This document shows positions 36,425 through 46,796 of a stretch of 64,000 nucleotides of DNA, piece by piece. Position 1 is the first letter of the stretch, and each line of letters starts with the position of its first letter. A program made the translations under genes and the position numbers. This DNA is from an uncultured Candidatus Saccharibacteria bacterium (GTDB lineage Bacteria; Patescibacteriota; Saccharimonadia; Saccharimonadales; Saccharimonadaceae), in NCBI GenBank assembly GCA_947253285.1, contig CAMXXV010000001.1:50581-114580 (forward strand), read 5' to 3'. The notes under the pieces were generated by a model. The model was not told the DNA's origin. It searched no databases and saw nothing but the letters and a program-made list of their open reading frames with translations.

Positions 36425-37597
36425 CTAAGCTTCGAATTCATCGCTATTGTCGCTATTGCGAACAACTAGACGATAAGCGCTAACGCCAGCTAGTATACCG
36501 AGGACGGCTGCAAGTACATAAACGGCAATTGGCCATAGTACAGTTGCGGCGTTGCCCATGTGATAAGCGCCAACAGCGATAGCTAGCGCTGGGTTTAAGA
36601 TTGAAGTTGCACCGGCAACAGTTAAACCAGTTAGCATACCAAGACCCATGGCTAGGCCGTTAGCAACAGCATTCTTCTTCTTACTGAATAGTGCGAAGCC
36701 TGCACCAACACCGAAGATAATACTACCGATGAATTCAGCAATGAGTGCACCCCATTCTTTATGCTGTGCTAAAGCTGGCTGAGTATAAATCTTGGTCTTA
36801 GCTGAAACATCTACGCCAACGCCACGGTTCTTATCAAGACCAGCATTTTCAGCAAGCATCTCAACAGCAGTTTTACCCTTTTCGACCTTTTGGCCATTTT
36901 TCTCAAGATACTTCTTGGCCCAACCTTCAACGCCACCATCTTTGGCGATTTCCTCTTCGGTGACGACGCCGCTCTTAACTGCTAATTGCTCGATATCATT
37001 ACCGAGGTCGTAATTAGCGGTGGTAAGTAGCGAAATAACTAGCACAGCTAGTGATGCACCGACAACTTGAGCGACGATGTAGGCGAATGCCTTAGCACCA
37101 TTGATTTTGCGGTTGACCCAAGCTGCAACGGAAATTGCAGGGTTGAAGTGTGCGCCAGAAATTGCGCCAAATACGATGACCAATATGACAAAAACTAACG
37201 ACATAGCGATCACCCCAAAATTGCTGTTTGTAGCTAAGCGCAATACGGCAGCTGACAGGACGAAAGTGCCAAATAGCTCAACTAGCATTGCAGTTGGGTT
37301 GATGTCAGCAAGGTTATCAATAATCGATGGCTTTGGAGCCTTTTCTTTCTTAGCCTTTACAGTTTTAGTATCAGCAACTTCTGGTTTGGCTTCTTTCTTA
37401 GCCTCTTCTTTAGTTTCTTCAGCCTTAGATACTTCAGCTTTAGCGGTAGTTTCTTCGACAGCTTTAGACTCTTCTGGTTCAGTTGTATCTGCAATAGCAA
37501 CTTCTTCTACGGGAGCTTTCTCGCTGACGTGTTCTGCCTTAGTAGTCTTGAGTGACTTCTTAGCGGCGGCACGTTTGCTACTCTTCTTTGTAGCCAT
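36425..37597 (-). CDS. MIP/aquaporin family channel with a long charged N-terminal extension
   Basis: SGAHFNPA and ILNPA motifs; six TM segments. Confidence 0.88.
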   Translation of the reverse strand: MATKKSSKRAAAKKSLKTTKAEHVSEKAPVEEVAIADTTEPEESKAVEETTAKAEVSKAEETKEEAKKEAKPEVADTKTVKAKKEKAPKPSIIDNLADINPTAMLVELFGTFVLSAAVLRLATNSNFGVIAMSLVFVILVIVFGAISGAHFNPAISVAAWVNRKINGAKAFAYIVAQVVGASLAVLVISLLTTANYDLGNDIEQLAVKSGVVTEEEIAKDGGVEGWAKKYLEKNGQKVEKGKTAVEMLAENAGLDKNRGVGVDVSAKTKIYTQPALAQHKEWGALIAEFIGSIIFGVGAGFALFSKKKNAVANGLAMGLGMLTGLTVAGATSILNPALAIAVGAYHMGNAATVLWPIAVYVLAAVLGILAGVSAYRLVVRNSDNSDEFEA

Positions 37598-37691
37598 GTT
37601 TTAATCCCTCCTTTTGATTAAATTACGCTTACTATTTTAACGCATTTTAGGGTAAATGTACAAGGTTAAATTTTGTGATATAATTATGCAT

Positions 37692-37919
37692 ATGTCTATT
37701 GTATACGATAGTACTGAAGAAAAGACTGAGCTTCAGAAGCGAATTAGGGCTGAATTAGAAGAAAAGCGTCAGCGCGCGCAGCATGAATTGGGTGAACATA
37801 ATAATAAACGTGTAGAGCAAACTGAGCATGATGATGCACGCAGTCCCTGGGGAGTAGTTGTAACGATTGTTGCTATTGCGGTTGTGATAATATTGGCAGC
37901 ATTATTTGTGAGGAGATAA
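37692..37919 (+). CDS. Small C-terminally anchored membrane protein
   Basis: Coiled coil plus C-terminal TM; TGATATAAT upstream. Confidence 0.65.
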   Translation: MSIVYDSTEEKTELQKRIRAELEEKRQRAQHELGEHNNKRVEQTEHDDARSPWGVVVTIVAIAVVIILAALFVRR

Positions 37920-38548
37920 TGGCGAAGTTTGTTTTTAAACGTTGGCAAAAAATAACTCTTGGTTGGTTATTGTTCTTTATAGCAGTGATTTTATGTGGGG
38001 TAGTTTACATCGTACGTGATACGCGCATGGCGTTGGACCAGTATCGGTTGGATGTGCATACGCAGTACGGGGCAGTAGTGTCGGGTAAGGCGCTGACTCG
38101 TCCAGTAGAACTACGTAATATTGTGATAGCAAAGTTGCCCGTGATTCGCGAGCTAGCAAAGGGCTATGTGAAAATGGATCAGCTGCAACCAACTTATCAG
38201 AAATTGATTAGTGATGTGCAGGATTTTAATAAGGCTAATAGTGTTTATTCTGATTGGGCAGAAGACTTTAATAAAGGTGTTTCGAAAGATAAAACGCTTA
38301 GTGGCAAATTTATTAATAAAATTGACGACGCAATCGATAGTATTAGTAAATTACCTAATGATAATAGTAAATGCTTGAGTGTGATGCGTAAGTTTAAAGA
38401 TACGGTGACAAATAGCGTTAATTATAAAGATTTAAGCAAAGAAGGCGACGCAGCCCTATCGTGTAGTTATCGTTCGATTAATACTGCTCGTGACTACGTA
38501 AATAAGAAAAAGACAGAATTTCAGCAGCAGTTTGAGGCGATTCACTAA
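37919..38548 (+). CDS. Membrane-anchored hypothetical protein
   Basis: N-terminal TM, helical ectodomain; TAATG coupling. Confidence 0.65.
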   Translation: MAKFVFKRWQKITLGWLLFFIAVILCGVVYIVRDTRMALDQYRLDVHTQYGAVVSGKALTRPVELRNIVIAKLPVIRELAKGYVKMDQLQPTYQKLISDVQDFNKANSVYSDWAEDFNKGVSKDKTLSGKFINKIDDAIDSISKLPNDNSKCLSVMRKFKDTVTNSVNYKDLSKEGDAALSCSYRSINTARDYVNKKKTEFQQQFEAIH

Positions 38549-38566
38549 CGGTGGTAAAATAGTACT

Positions 38567-39589
38567 ATGAATTTAGAGGAAGCGAGAAAGTTATTGCTGG
38601 CGCGCGCGCAGCAGGAAAATCCAAGTGAAGTACTGAAAGCGCCGGAACTGAAGGACTTATATCGGCAAATTGCAACCTTGCCGCAGGCGGAGCGAGCGGA
38701 ATTTGGCCGTAAAATTAATCAGCTAAAGCAAGAATTGACCAAGCTTGCGGCAGATTATGAGGCGGCTAAATTAAATGCTAGTGTGGAACCACTCGATGTG
38801 ACAGCGCCATTTGACTCTAGTGCGATGGGTAAAATTAAGCCGCATCCACAGGCTTTACCGGTTGAGCAGGGTACGTTACATCCGTTGACTGATGAGCTAA
38901 AGTCGGTAGTTGATATCTTTATGCGGATGGGTTTTGAATGCAACGAAGCGCGGCAAATTGATGATGACTACCATATGTTTACAAGTCTTAACTTTCCGCC
39001 GAATCATCCTGCGCGTGATGGCTATGATACTTTCCGCACCGAGGAGGGCTATATTCCACCGGCTCATACTACGGCAATGGAGAATCGCACGCTTAAAAAT
39101 GGCTTAGCTAAATTGGAAGCTGGTGAAGCGATTGCCGAGATTCATTACGGCCGCGTGTTTCGTAACGAGGATGCTGATGTGACACATGACCATACGTTTA
39201 ATCAGTTTGAAGGTGTATACGTGTCGCGTGATGCTAGTCTTGGTCAAATGTTGGGGCTGCTAGCTAACTTCTTTGAAGCTTATTATGGCCAGCGGTTACG
39301 TATTAAGACGCAGCCGGGATACTTCCCGTTTACAGAGCCGAGCCTAGAATTCGCTATTGAAAAGCCAACAGCTTTAGGCGGCGGCGGTAAGGGTGGCGAA
39401 TGGCTGGAGATGTTGGGCTGTGGTATGCTACATCCGAATGTATTGAAAGAGGCTGGTATCGATCCGACTAAGTATCGTGGCTTTGCTTGGGGTGGTGGCC
39501 TAGAGCGATTAGTGATGTTGAAATATGGTATTGAAGATTTGCGTCACTTTGAATCGGGTAAATTAGCATTCTTAAGGAAGTTTAATTAA
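38567..39589 (+). CDS. pheS: Phenylalanine-tRNA ligase alpha subunit
   Basis: GTLHP, HPARD, F.QFEG, YFPFTEPS, GCGMLHP, GFAWG.GLER. Confidence 0.97.
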   Translation: MNLEEARKLLLARAQQENPSEVLKAPELKDLYRQIATLPQAERAEFGRKINQLKQELTKLAADYEAAKLNASVEPLDVTAPFDSSAMGKIKPHPQALPVEQGTLHPLTDELKSVVDIFMRMGFECNEARQIDDDYHMFTSLNFPPNHPARDGYDTFRTEEGYIPPAHTTAMENRTLKNGLAKLEAGEAIAEIHYGRVFRNEDADVTHDHTFNQFEGVYVSRDASLGQMLGLLANFFEAYYGQRLRIKTQPGYFPFTEPSLEFAIEKPTALGGGGKGGEWLEMLGCGMLHPNVLKEAGIDPTKYRGFAWGGGLERLVMLKYGIEDLRHFESGKLAFLRKFN

Positions 39590-39598
39590 GGAGACGGG

Positions 39599-42100
39599 AT
39601 GATTATTTCAGTAAATTGGTTAAAACAATATGTTGATATTAACCTAGCGCCGGCTGAGTTAGCTGATAAAATTGGCCGTCTGCTAGTTGAAATTGAGAGT
39701 ACGACTGACTTGGCGGCGCACTATCAAGGTGCAGTAGTGGTTGAAGTAAAAACGGCTATCGACCATCCCAATAGTGACCACTTACATGTTTGTCAGATTG
39801 ATGATGGTGGTGCGACGCCTGATGTGCCACGAAACGATGACGGTACGGTGCAAGTGGTTTGCGGTGCACCTAATGTGCATGCCGGAATGAAGGCGGTATG
39901 GTTGCCGCCAAAGACTATCGTGCCGGCAAGTTATGGCAAGGAAGACGAGCTGACTTTGAGTGCTCGTAAGCTGCGTGGTGTACTAAGTCAGGGGATGATG
40001 GCTAGTCCAGCGGAACTAGATTTATGGGATGAGCACGATGGTATTCTTGAGGTAGATGACCCTAAGGCGTATGTTGGTGAGCCACTAGTTGAGCTATTGG
40101 ATCTAGATGATACACTTCTGGAAGTTGAGAATAAGAGCTTGACACATCGTCCAGACTGCTTTGGCATGATTGGTTTTGCGCGCGAAGTGGCAGCGATTCT
40201 AGGCCAATCGGCGCGCGTGCCAGCTTGGTTTAATGATTTGGCAGTTACTCAGACGGTAGACCATCAAGAGGTTATGCCACGTGTGATGATTGCTGATACG
40301 GAGTTGTGCCCGCATTACGAGTGTGTTGCTTTGTCGCAAGTTGATGCGACGGTGACTTTGCCACTTAAACTTCGTTCACGTCTTGGTCGTAATGGGGTGC
40401 GTAGTACGACGGCGGTAGTTGACTTAACAAATCTATTGATGCTCGAAAGCGGCCAGCCATTACATGCTTTTGACCTTGATAAATTCATTGCGGTTTCGCC
40501 GACTGGTCAGCCTGATGTTGTAGTGCGTGCGGCGCGCGATGGCGAAAAGTTAGTGCTACTTGATGACAAAGAGATTACTTTAACTAGTAAAGATATTGTG
40601 ATTTGCGCTGGTGACACCGCAAATAACGTGCCAGTTGCATTGGCCGGTGCAATGGGCGGTAAGTCTACTGAGGTTGATGCGCAAACAAAGCGCGTTTTGC
40701 TTGAGTCGGCGACATTTAACCTTTATAATTTGCGTAATACACAATTTAGGCACGGTATTTTTAGTGAAGCTATTACGCGCTTCACGAAGGGGCAACCAGC
40801 GCCGCTTAATCATCCAGTATTAGTGCGCGCTGTAGCATTACTACGTCAGTATGCTGGTGCTACTGTGGCGAGTGAAGTTGCGGAGGCTGGTGACGCTACG
40901 GTGGTATCGCGTAAAGTAACTTTCCCGTTGCAGCTAGTGACAGATACTTTGGGCACCTTTCACGGTGAGCCGTATAGCGCTGACCTGGTGCGGCGTACGT
41001 TAGAAAATTTGCAGTACGATTCAGTGGCAGTAGATGATAATGTAACAGTTACCATCCCATGGTGGCGACCAGATAACAACATCAGAGAAGATATTATTGA
41101 GGATATCGGCCGAGTTAATGGTTATGATAATATTGCTTTGACTGTGCCACGGCGCGATTTTAGCGCAGTGCCAATGAATCCGCTGTACGCAACAAGGCGG
41201 GTAATCTTGGACCGTTTGCGTGAGCAGGGCGGCAATGAGGTGCTACGTTATTCATTTATTCCAAAGGAGCTATTTACAGCTACGCACGACCGTTGCGACT
41301 TAGCTTATCGCATCGTTAACGCTATTTCGCCAGACTTGCAGTATTATCGGCGTAGTTTATTACCGGAATTATTGGAGTCGGCGCGTGATAATTTACGAGC
41401 TAACTACGATAACTTCATGTTATTTGAGTCAGGTAAAGTGCATCGTAAGGGGCAAATGGATCAGAGTGAACCAAGCTTGCCAGCGGAATTTCCGGAGATT
41501 AGTGGCGTTGTCGTAGCGAAAAAGAATGATTATTCGGCATTCTATCAGGTAAAGCGGGTAGTGAACTATGTTTTAGGGCACAATGATGTGACTTATGTGC
41601 GACTAGATCAGTTGGCTGTATCATTGGATGCCAGTAATGACTTATTTGAGCCACTTCGTTCAGCTGCTTTGTATTTAGGTAAGACTTTGATTGGTGTAGT
41701 GGGTGAGCTAAAGGCCGATGTGCGTCGCGATTTCAAGCTACCTGAGCATGTTGCGGCATTTCGCCTATTTACTGATCAGCTAACCGCTAAGCAGCTAACC
41801 GCTAAGTATTACACTCCAGTGTTGCGCTATCAGGGTACGGCACGTGATATTACCTATCGCGTACCGACTGCAGTTACGTTTGCAGAGGTAATGAATTATA
41901 CTTTGAAGCAGCTAGCAAGCAGCGAGCTGGCCATTGAAGTTACGCCGGGTGACATTTTTACGCCTACTGAAGGTGAACGCAATATAACATTGCATATTGA
42001 GTTTTACGATCGAGCCAAGACGGTAGATACCAAGGAAGTGGCTGTTTTAATGCATCGGTTAGAGAAAAATGCCAGCCAAATTAATGCTAAAATTGTATAA
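39599..42100 (+). CDS. pheT: Phenylalanine-tRNA ligase beta subunit
   Basis: ISVNWLK, VVCGAPN, RPDC, GQPLHAFD, LESA.F, IPWWR.D. Confidence 0.97.
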   Translation: MIISVNWLKQYVDINLAPAELADKIGRLLVEIESTTDLAAHYQGAVVVEVKTAIDHPNSDHLHVCQIDDGGATPDVPRNDDGTVQVVCGAPNVHAGMKAVWLPPKTIVPASYGKEDELTLSARKLRGVLSQGMMASPAELDLWDEHDGILEVDDPKAYVGEPLVELLDLDDTLLEVENKSLTHRPDCFGMIGFAREVAAILGQSARVPAWFNDLAVTQTVDHQEVMPRVMIADTELCPHYECVALSQVDATVTLPLKLRSRLGRNGVRSTTAVVDLTNLLMLESGQPLHAFDLDKFIAVSPTGQPDVVVRAARDGEKLVLLDDKEITLTSKDIVICAGDTANNVPVALAGAMGGKSTEVDAQTKRVLLESATFNLYNLRNTQFRHGIFSEAITRFTKGQPAPLNHPVLVRAVALLRQYAGATVASEVAEAGDATVVSRKVTFPLQLVTDTLGTFHGEPYSADLVRRTLENLQYDSVAVDDNVTVTIPWWRPDNNIREDIIEDIGRVNGYDNIALTVPRRDFSAVPMNPLYATRRVILDRLREQGGNEVLRYSFIPKELFTATHDRCDLAYRIVNAISPDLQYYRRSLLPELLESARDNLRANYDNFMLFESGKVHRKGQMDQSEPSLPAEFPEISGVVVAKKNDYSAFYQVKRVVNYVLGHNDVTYVRLDQLAVSLDASNDLFEPLRSAALYLGKTLIGVVGELKADVRRDFKLPEHVAAFRLFTDQLTAKQLTAKYYTPVLRYQGTARDITYRVPTAVTFAEVMNYTLKQLASSELAIEVTPGDIFTPTEGERNITLHIEFYDRAKTVDTKEVAVLMHRLEKNASQINAKIV

Positions 42101-42114
42101 CAATAGGAGGAAGA

Positions 42115-42735
42115 ATGAGTTCATATGATAAAACACCAATAAAAGAGCGCGTGGCGATTTGGATTGTTGCCATCATGATGGTGGTATTTACGGTAGTTGG
42201 TTTTGCGTCGATGATTATTGCATCACTACTACCAAAGACTGATTCAAATAAGATAGTTAATGATAAAATAATGGCTGACTATAAGGAGAAACTAGACAAA
42301 CAACGACAAATGGCTGAGAAGATGCAAGAGGAACGTCAAAAATCATTAAAGCCATTGCCTGGCCATGAGAATCAAGTTGGCAAGTTTGATGCTAATTCAG
42401 TGACCAGTTTGAAAGTTGATGTACTCCAAGAAGGTACTGGTGCGACAGTAAGCGCTGGTGATACGATTAGCGCTAATTACACCGGTTGGACTGCAGACGG
42501 TAAGATATTTGATAGTACTAATGTTGGTGGCAATCTAGAAGCAGCCAAATTTAGTCTTGGTCAAGTAATTAAGGGCTGGCAAGAAGGTCTAACGGGGCGT
42601 CGTGTTGGTGGTACGTATCTATTGACCATTCCGGCTGACATGGCATATGGCAAAGAGGGTACGGCAGGAATTGCTCCTAATTCACCACTTAAGTTTGTAG
42701 TATCAATTGTTGACCTGACACAAAAACAAAATTAA
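42115..42735 (+). CDS. Membrane-anchored FKBP-type peptidyl-prolyl isomerase
   Basis: YTGW..DGKIFDS, VIKGWQEGL, IPADMAYG. Confidence 0.93.
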   Translation: MSSYDKTPIKERVAIWIVAIMMVVFTVVGFASMIIASLLPKTDSNKIVNDKIMADYKEKLDKQRQMAEKMQEERQKSLKPLPGHENQVGKFDANSVTSLKVDVLQEGTGATVSAGDTISANYTGWTADGKIFDSTNVGGNLEAAKFSLGQVIKGWQEGLTGRRVGGTYLLTIPADMAYGKEGTAGIAPNSPLKFVVSIVDLTQKQN

Positions 42736-42751
42736 TTAAGTAGTTGATTTT

Positions 42752-42781
42752 ATAGAGGCTGACACGATTCAGCCTCTATTT
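42752..42781. terminator. Bidirectional terminator
   Basis: ATAGAGGCTGA-cacgat-TCAGCCTCTAT between convergent genes. Confidence 0.65.
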
Positions 42782-42799
42782 AAATTACTAAAGATTAAA

Positions 42800-43801
42800 T
42801 TATTTAATTTCAGTCTCAAGAAAGTGTTCGAGTTGATTGATAATTTTATTATCAGTAGTCTCGAGTGCGATTTCCCTAGTGCCAAAGAATGAGCCGGCAG
42901 TAGTAAAGTTGTGTGAACCAGTAATAGCTACCTTGTTACCATCTGGCATGGTAAAAATGGCAAATTTGGCATGAATGTAACGGTCGCGCGTGTAGAGGTT
43001 GTGCATACTGGCAACAAGTTTCGATGAACCAATAAGGATTTTATTAAGTTTACTGTCAGCAAGGGATTTACGGTTAAAATAGACCTCAGCTGATTTGCGA
43101 GCAATTTCTTTACCAAGTTTACCGCTTGGGCAGTATTGAGACACTAGAGTGACGTGGTTAGCCTTTTGAGCTAGTTGAAGTGTGCGCCGGTAAATTAGTG
43201 AACGGTTCATTTTGCCGCTATCGATTAATGCGGTTCCATAGGGCAATTTGAATGATTTATTGATGCGGTGTTTGGGATTCTGATTGATAGCTTCGACGTC
43301 TAGCTGTTCGGCAACCAGCTTTGTCGCTAGGCGCGCATCAATTAACTTGAACATATAATCAGCTTGCTTGGTTACAGCTACACCCTCAGCATTGACACCA
43401 CCGAACGTGAATACAGTGTCGTCGATGACACACCATTTGGAGTGGGTGCGACCAATGCAAAGTGGTACATTATAGCAACCAAGCCAAGAGAATTTTGCGC
43501 CCGCTTCGATTAGTTGTTTGCGAATTTGGTCGGATTTACGACTAGTAGCTCCGGTAAGAAATTTACAAATATTGCGTGTATGTTGTTCAGCGTACATAAA
43601 AGTCATAAAATCAGCCATGACATGTACATCAACTCCGCGTTTCGCGGCAGTGATTAGGGCGTCAATCAATGGTTTGGTGGCGCCATCTTCAAAAAGAGTT
43701 AGACTAGTTAGGTAAATGCGAGCTTGAGCTTTTTGGGCACAATTCGTCACATCCTCAATATAGTCTTTTGGCAACAATAGTTTTGGTGTTGCGTGCAACA
43801 T
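42800..43801 (-). CDS. Phospholipase D (cardiolipin-synthase-like) family protein
   Basis: AAKRGVDV, HSKWCVIDD...GGVN, HAKF...GSHN. Confidence 0.85.
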   Translation of the reverse strand: MLHATPKLLLPKDYIEDVTNCAQKAQARIYLTSLTLFEDGATKPLIDALITAAKRGVDVHVMADFMTFMYAEQHTRNICKFLTGATSRKSDQIRKQLIEAGAKFSWLGCYNVPLCIGRTHSKWCVIDDTVFTFGGVNAEGVAVTKQADYMFKLIDARLATKLVAEQLDVEAINQNPKHRINKSFKLPYGTALIDSGKMNRSLIYRRTLQLAQKANHVTLVSQYCPSGKLGKEIARKSAEVYFNRKSLADSKLNKILIGSSKLVASMHNLYTRDRYIHAKFAIFTMPDGNKVAITGSHNFTTAGSFFGTREIALETTDNKIINQLEHFLETEIK

Positions 43802-43881
43802 ATCTATATTATACCAAAAATAACTTGCATAGCATAATATGCTTGTGCTATTATAATTACAAGATAACTTAGGGAGGGCAT

Positions 43882-44613
43882 GTGGATATACCATCAGTAT
43901 TTACTAGCGGAAGTGCTAGTACGGTAGCGCAAGCTACCAATAATGCGACTACTAGTCAACCAACGTTAAATTCGACTACGACTGATTTTAACATTGATCC
44001 GTTGGCTGGGTATGGTTTAGGTAATGAGACAATTAGCGTTGACGGTAAGCGAGAAGAGCTGGTTACTAACGAGACAATTAATACCAGTGATAAATCTAAG
44101 GTGGGTAACTTTAGTGAGATTCAAGATGAACCAGCTCCTGCTCCAGAACCAGAGCCAACAGTGGAACCGGCTGCGCCGAGTGTTATTCAGACACCAGTGG
44201 ATACAACCTTCAATGTAACCGACCCAGTTAAGCTTGACTTCATTAAGACATATACCAGTGAATATGATGCTACTGTGGCACGAGCCTTAGTGGCAGTGCA
44301 GGCTCTATTGAAATCAATTGACGAGACGGTTAAGAATCACACTGATGACATTGCAATTCCTGAATCAGCCAATGAATTTATTGACCAAGCGCCTGCTGGT
44401 GGTCGGGTACCGAAGTTTGATGATGCGCAAAACATCGTTCGTACCGTAATGGAGAAGGCCAACACTGCTAAATCTCAGTCTGAGGAAGCGGCGCGCGAAG
44501 CAGCAAAAATTTATGATGATATTCAGAAATTTAAGCATGATACTGAAGACGAAGTTAAGTCGATTAAATCGCGTGACGAATTTGGCCGTACTGAATCAGG
44601 TATGGTAAAATAA
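43882..44613 (+). CDS. Hypothetical protein (low-complexity N-terminus, coiled-coil C-terminus)
   Basis: 243-aa ORF with GGGAGG SD. Confidence 0.7.
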   Translation: MDIPSVFTSGSASTVAQATNNATTSQPTLNSTTTDFNIDPLAGYGLGNETISVDGKREELVTNETINTSDKSKVGNFSEIQDEPAPAPEPEPTVEPAAPSVIQTPVDTTFNVTDPVKLDFIKTYTSEYDATVARALVAVQALLKSIDETVKNHTDDIAIPESANEFIDQAPAGGRVPKFDDAQNIVRTVMEKANTAKSQSEEAAREAAKIYDDIQKFKHDTEDEVKSIKSRDEFGRTESGMVK

Positions 44614-44634
44614 TCTTATAACAGAAGGAGATTT

Positions 44635-45162
44635 ATGGACTGGAATGAAGTATTTGATGCTGGCGATGTCGATGCCGGTATTATTAATGTAGTAAATGAA
44701 ATCCCAAAGGGCAGTAATAATAAGATTGAGTGGCGTCGCAATAAAAAAGTGATGGCACTTGACCGCGTGGAGCCAAAGGTATTTGCTAAGCCAACCAATT
44801 ATGGATTTATTCCACAGACATTAGATGAAGATGGTGATGAGCTAGATGCTTTAATCCTGACTGACGACCCGTTGCCAACTGGTGTGGTGGTAGAAGCTCG
44901 CGTTTTGGGTGTATTAAAGTTTGTTGATGGTGGCGAAGTGGATGACAAAGTGATTGTTGTTCCAGCTGATGACCGTGAGACTGGTAATAAGTATCAGACG
45001 ATTGATGACGTTCCAACACAGTTAAAGAAGCAGATTGAATTTCATTTTGCACACTACAAGGACCTTAAGAAGCCTGGTTCAACTGAGGTTAAGGGCATCG
45101 AAGGTTTAGATGCTGCTAAGACAGTGATTCGTGAAGCACAGCAACGCTGGGCAAATCGCTAA
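44635..45162 (+). CDS. ppa: Inorganic pyrophosphatase (family I)
   Basis: EIPKGS, NYGFIPQT, DGDELD, DDK, HYKDLK. Confidence 0.96.
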   Translation: MDWNEVFDAGDVDAGIINVVNEIPKGSNNKIEWRRNKKVMALDRVEPKVFAKPTNYGFIPQTLDEDGDELDALILTDDPLPTGVVVEARVLGVLKFVDGGEVDDKVIVVPADDRETGNKYQTIDDVPTQLKKQIEFHFAHYKDLKKPGSTEVKGIEGLDAAKTVIREAQQRWANR

Positions 45163-45177
45163 AAGCTTAGTTAATAA

Positions 45178-45203
45178 AATAAGCACCCTATGGGGTGCTT
45201 ATT
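45178..45203. terminator. Bidirectional terminator
   Basis: AATAAGCACCC-tatg-GGGTGCTTATT between ppa and the RelA/SpoT gene. Confidence 0.65.
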
Positions 45204-45214
45204 AATTTTGGCTA

Positions 45215-46699
45215 CTACTGATTAATCTGGCTATTTTTACTGAGCTGGTTGCGTAATTTGCGTCGTGCACGACCGGTGGCGATTTTATTTAGCCAGTCAA
45301 GGTGTGGAATGACGTTTTTGCGTGTAATTACTTCTACGACATCGCCCGACTTAAGCGGTGTATCAAATTTGACTAGTCGTCCATTGACCATAAAGCCAGC
45401 AGCTTTGGCGGCTACGTCGGAGTGTACTTGGTAGGCAAAGTCGAGTGGCAAGGCACCAGATGGTAAGTCGAAGATGTCGCCACGTGGTGAATAGACAAAA
45501 ATGCGGTCGGAGAACAGATTGACCTTAAAGGCGTCAAAGTTGACTTGCTTACCGGCGCGCAATTTAGCGGCAGCCACTTGGAGCTCATGAATCCAGTTTA
45601 GGTTGGCTGGCAGAGGTGCTAGTCCGCCGCGCTTGTAGGTATCGGTTAGCTTTTGCTCATTGTAATGGAATGATGCTGCAAGACCGCGCTCGGCGTATTC
45701 GTGCATTTGCTTGGTGCGAATCTGAAACTCTACAACTTGACCTTCAGGCGTAGTCACAGTAGTGTGTAGTGACTGATAACCGTTAGTCTTTGGTCGAGCA
45801 ATGTAGTCTTTGATGCGCCCCGGCATTGGAGTATACATTTGGTGAAGCAATCCGAGTACGAGGTAACAAGATGATACGTCGTCGGTGATGACACGTAGCG
45901 CCATGAGGTCGTAGATGTCGTTAATGTCAGAGTGCTTAGTCAACTTTTTATGAAGTGAATAAACTGATTTAATACGCCCTTCTACATGGCAAGGAATTTT
46001 TTCTTCGGCTAACTTTTTACTTACCTCATTACGAACTTGGTCGATAGTCTGTTTACTTTCGCTGATTCTTCGGTCAATTAAGGCACGTAATTTTTCATAA
46101 CGCTTTGGTGCGAGATATTTAAAGCTTAAATCTTCAATTTCAACGCGTACTCGCCCCATGTTGAGACGGTCGGCGAGCGGGCCAAATACCTCAAGGCTTT
46201 CACGCGCTTTTTTGAGCTGCTTTTCACGGGTTTGATATTGGAGTGTGCGCAGATTATGTAGGCGGTCAGCTAATTTAATAATGATGACGCGGACGTCGGC
46301 GCCGATAGCGACTAGCAGCTTAGTTAGGTTGTCTTTAGTTTTTGGCAAATAGTGAGTAATATCATCACGTCCACTACGTGCCTTACTGATTTTGGTGACG
46401 CCATCAACCAATAACGCTACGTCGTCGCCAAATTTTGTGCCGATTTCACTTAAATCTGTGCCGGTATCTTCAGCGACATCATGTAATAGACCGGCGACGA
46501 CAGAGTCGCGGTCCATGTTCCATTCACAGAGAATTGTCGCAACAGCAATTGGGTGGATGATGTATGGTTCGCCGCTGAGGCGTTTTTGGCCAGCGTGCTT
46601 CTCGGTGGCAAAATCAAGCGCCAGGACGATTTTTTGGTAGTCTTTGTCGTCTGCAAACTTCTGCCGCGCGAGCTTTAAAAATTCTGTTGCTTCTTTCAT
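45215..46699 (-). CDS. RelA/SpoT homologue (HD hydrolase, synthetase, TGS; no ACT domain)
   Basis: R.SGEPYIIHP, LLHDV.ED, KLADRLHN, GYQSLHT, EFQIRT, DFAYQVH. Confidence 0.93.
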   Translation of the reverse strand: MKEATEFLKLARQKFADDKDYQKIVLALDFATEKHAGQKRLSGEPYIIHPIAVATILCEWNMDRDSVVAGLLHDVAEDTGTDLSEIGTKFGDDVALLVDGVTKISKARSGRDDITHYLPKTKDNLTKLLVAIGADVRVIIIKLADRLHNLRTLQYQTREKQLKKARESLEVFGPLADRLNMGRVRVEIEDLSFKYLAPKRYEKLRALIDRRISESKQTIDQVRNEVSKKLAEEKIPCHVEGRIKSVYSLHKKLTKHSDINDIYDLMALRVITDDVSSCYLVLGLLHQMYTPMPGRIKDYIARPKTNGYQSLHTTVTTPEGQVVEFQIRTKQMHEYAERGLAASFHYNEQKLTDTYKRGGLAPLPANLNWIHELQVAAAKLRAGKQVNFDAFKVNLFSDRIFVYSPRGDIFDLPSGALPLDFAYQVHSDVAAKAAGFMVNGRLVKFDTPLKSGDVVEVITRKNVIPHLDWLNKIATGRARRKLRNQLSKNSQINQ

Positions 46700-46796
46700 A
46701 TGACAATTATAGCACTTTACTGGACAAAATAAGCATTAGCGTTATAATATAACTATATTCTTTAGCGGCCGTAATAATTTAAATTTAGGGGGCGTC

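Noticed and set aside
41777..41806. 15-bp tandem duplication in pheT (QLTAKQLTAK)
   Set aside because: In-frame micro-duplication in a probable linker; no sign of a system.
45215..46699. RelA/SpoT gene as a pseudogene because it lacks the C-terminal regulatory domains
   Set aside because: Catalytic motifs are intact and it ends cleanly at a shared terminator; likely a naturally short form.
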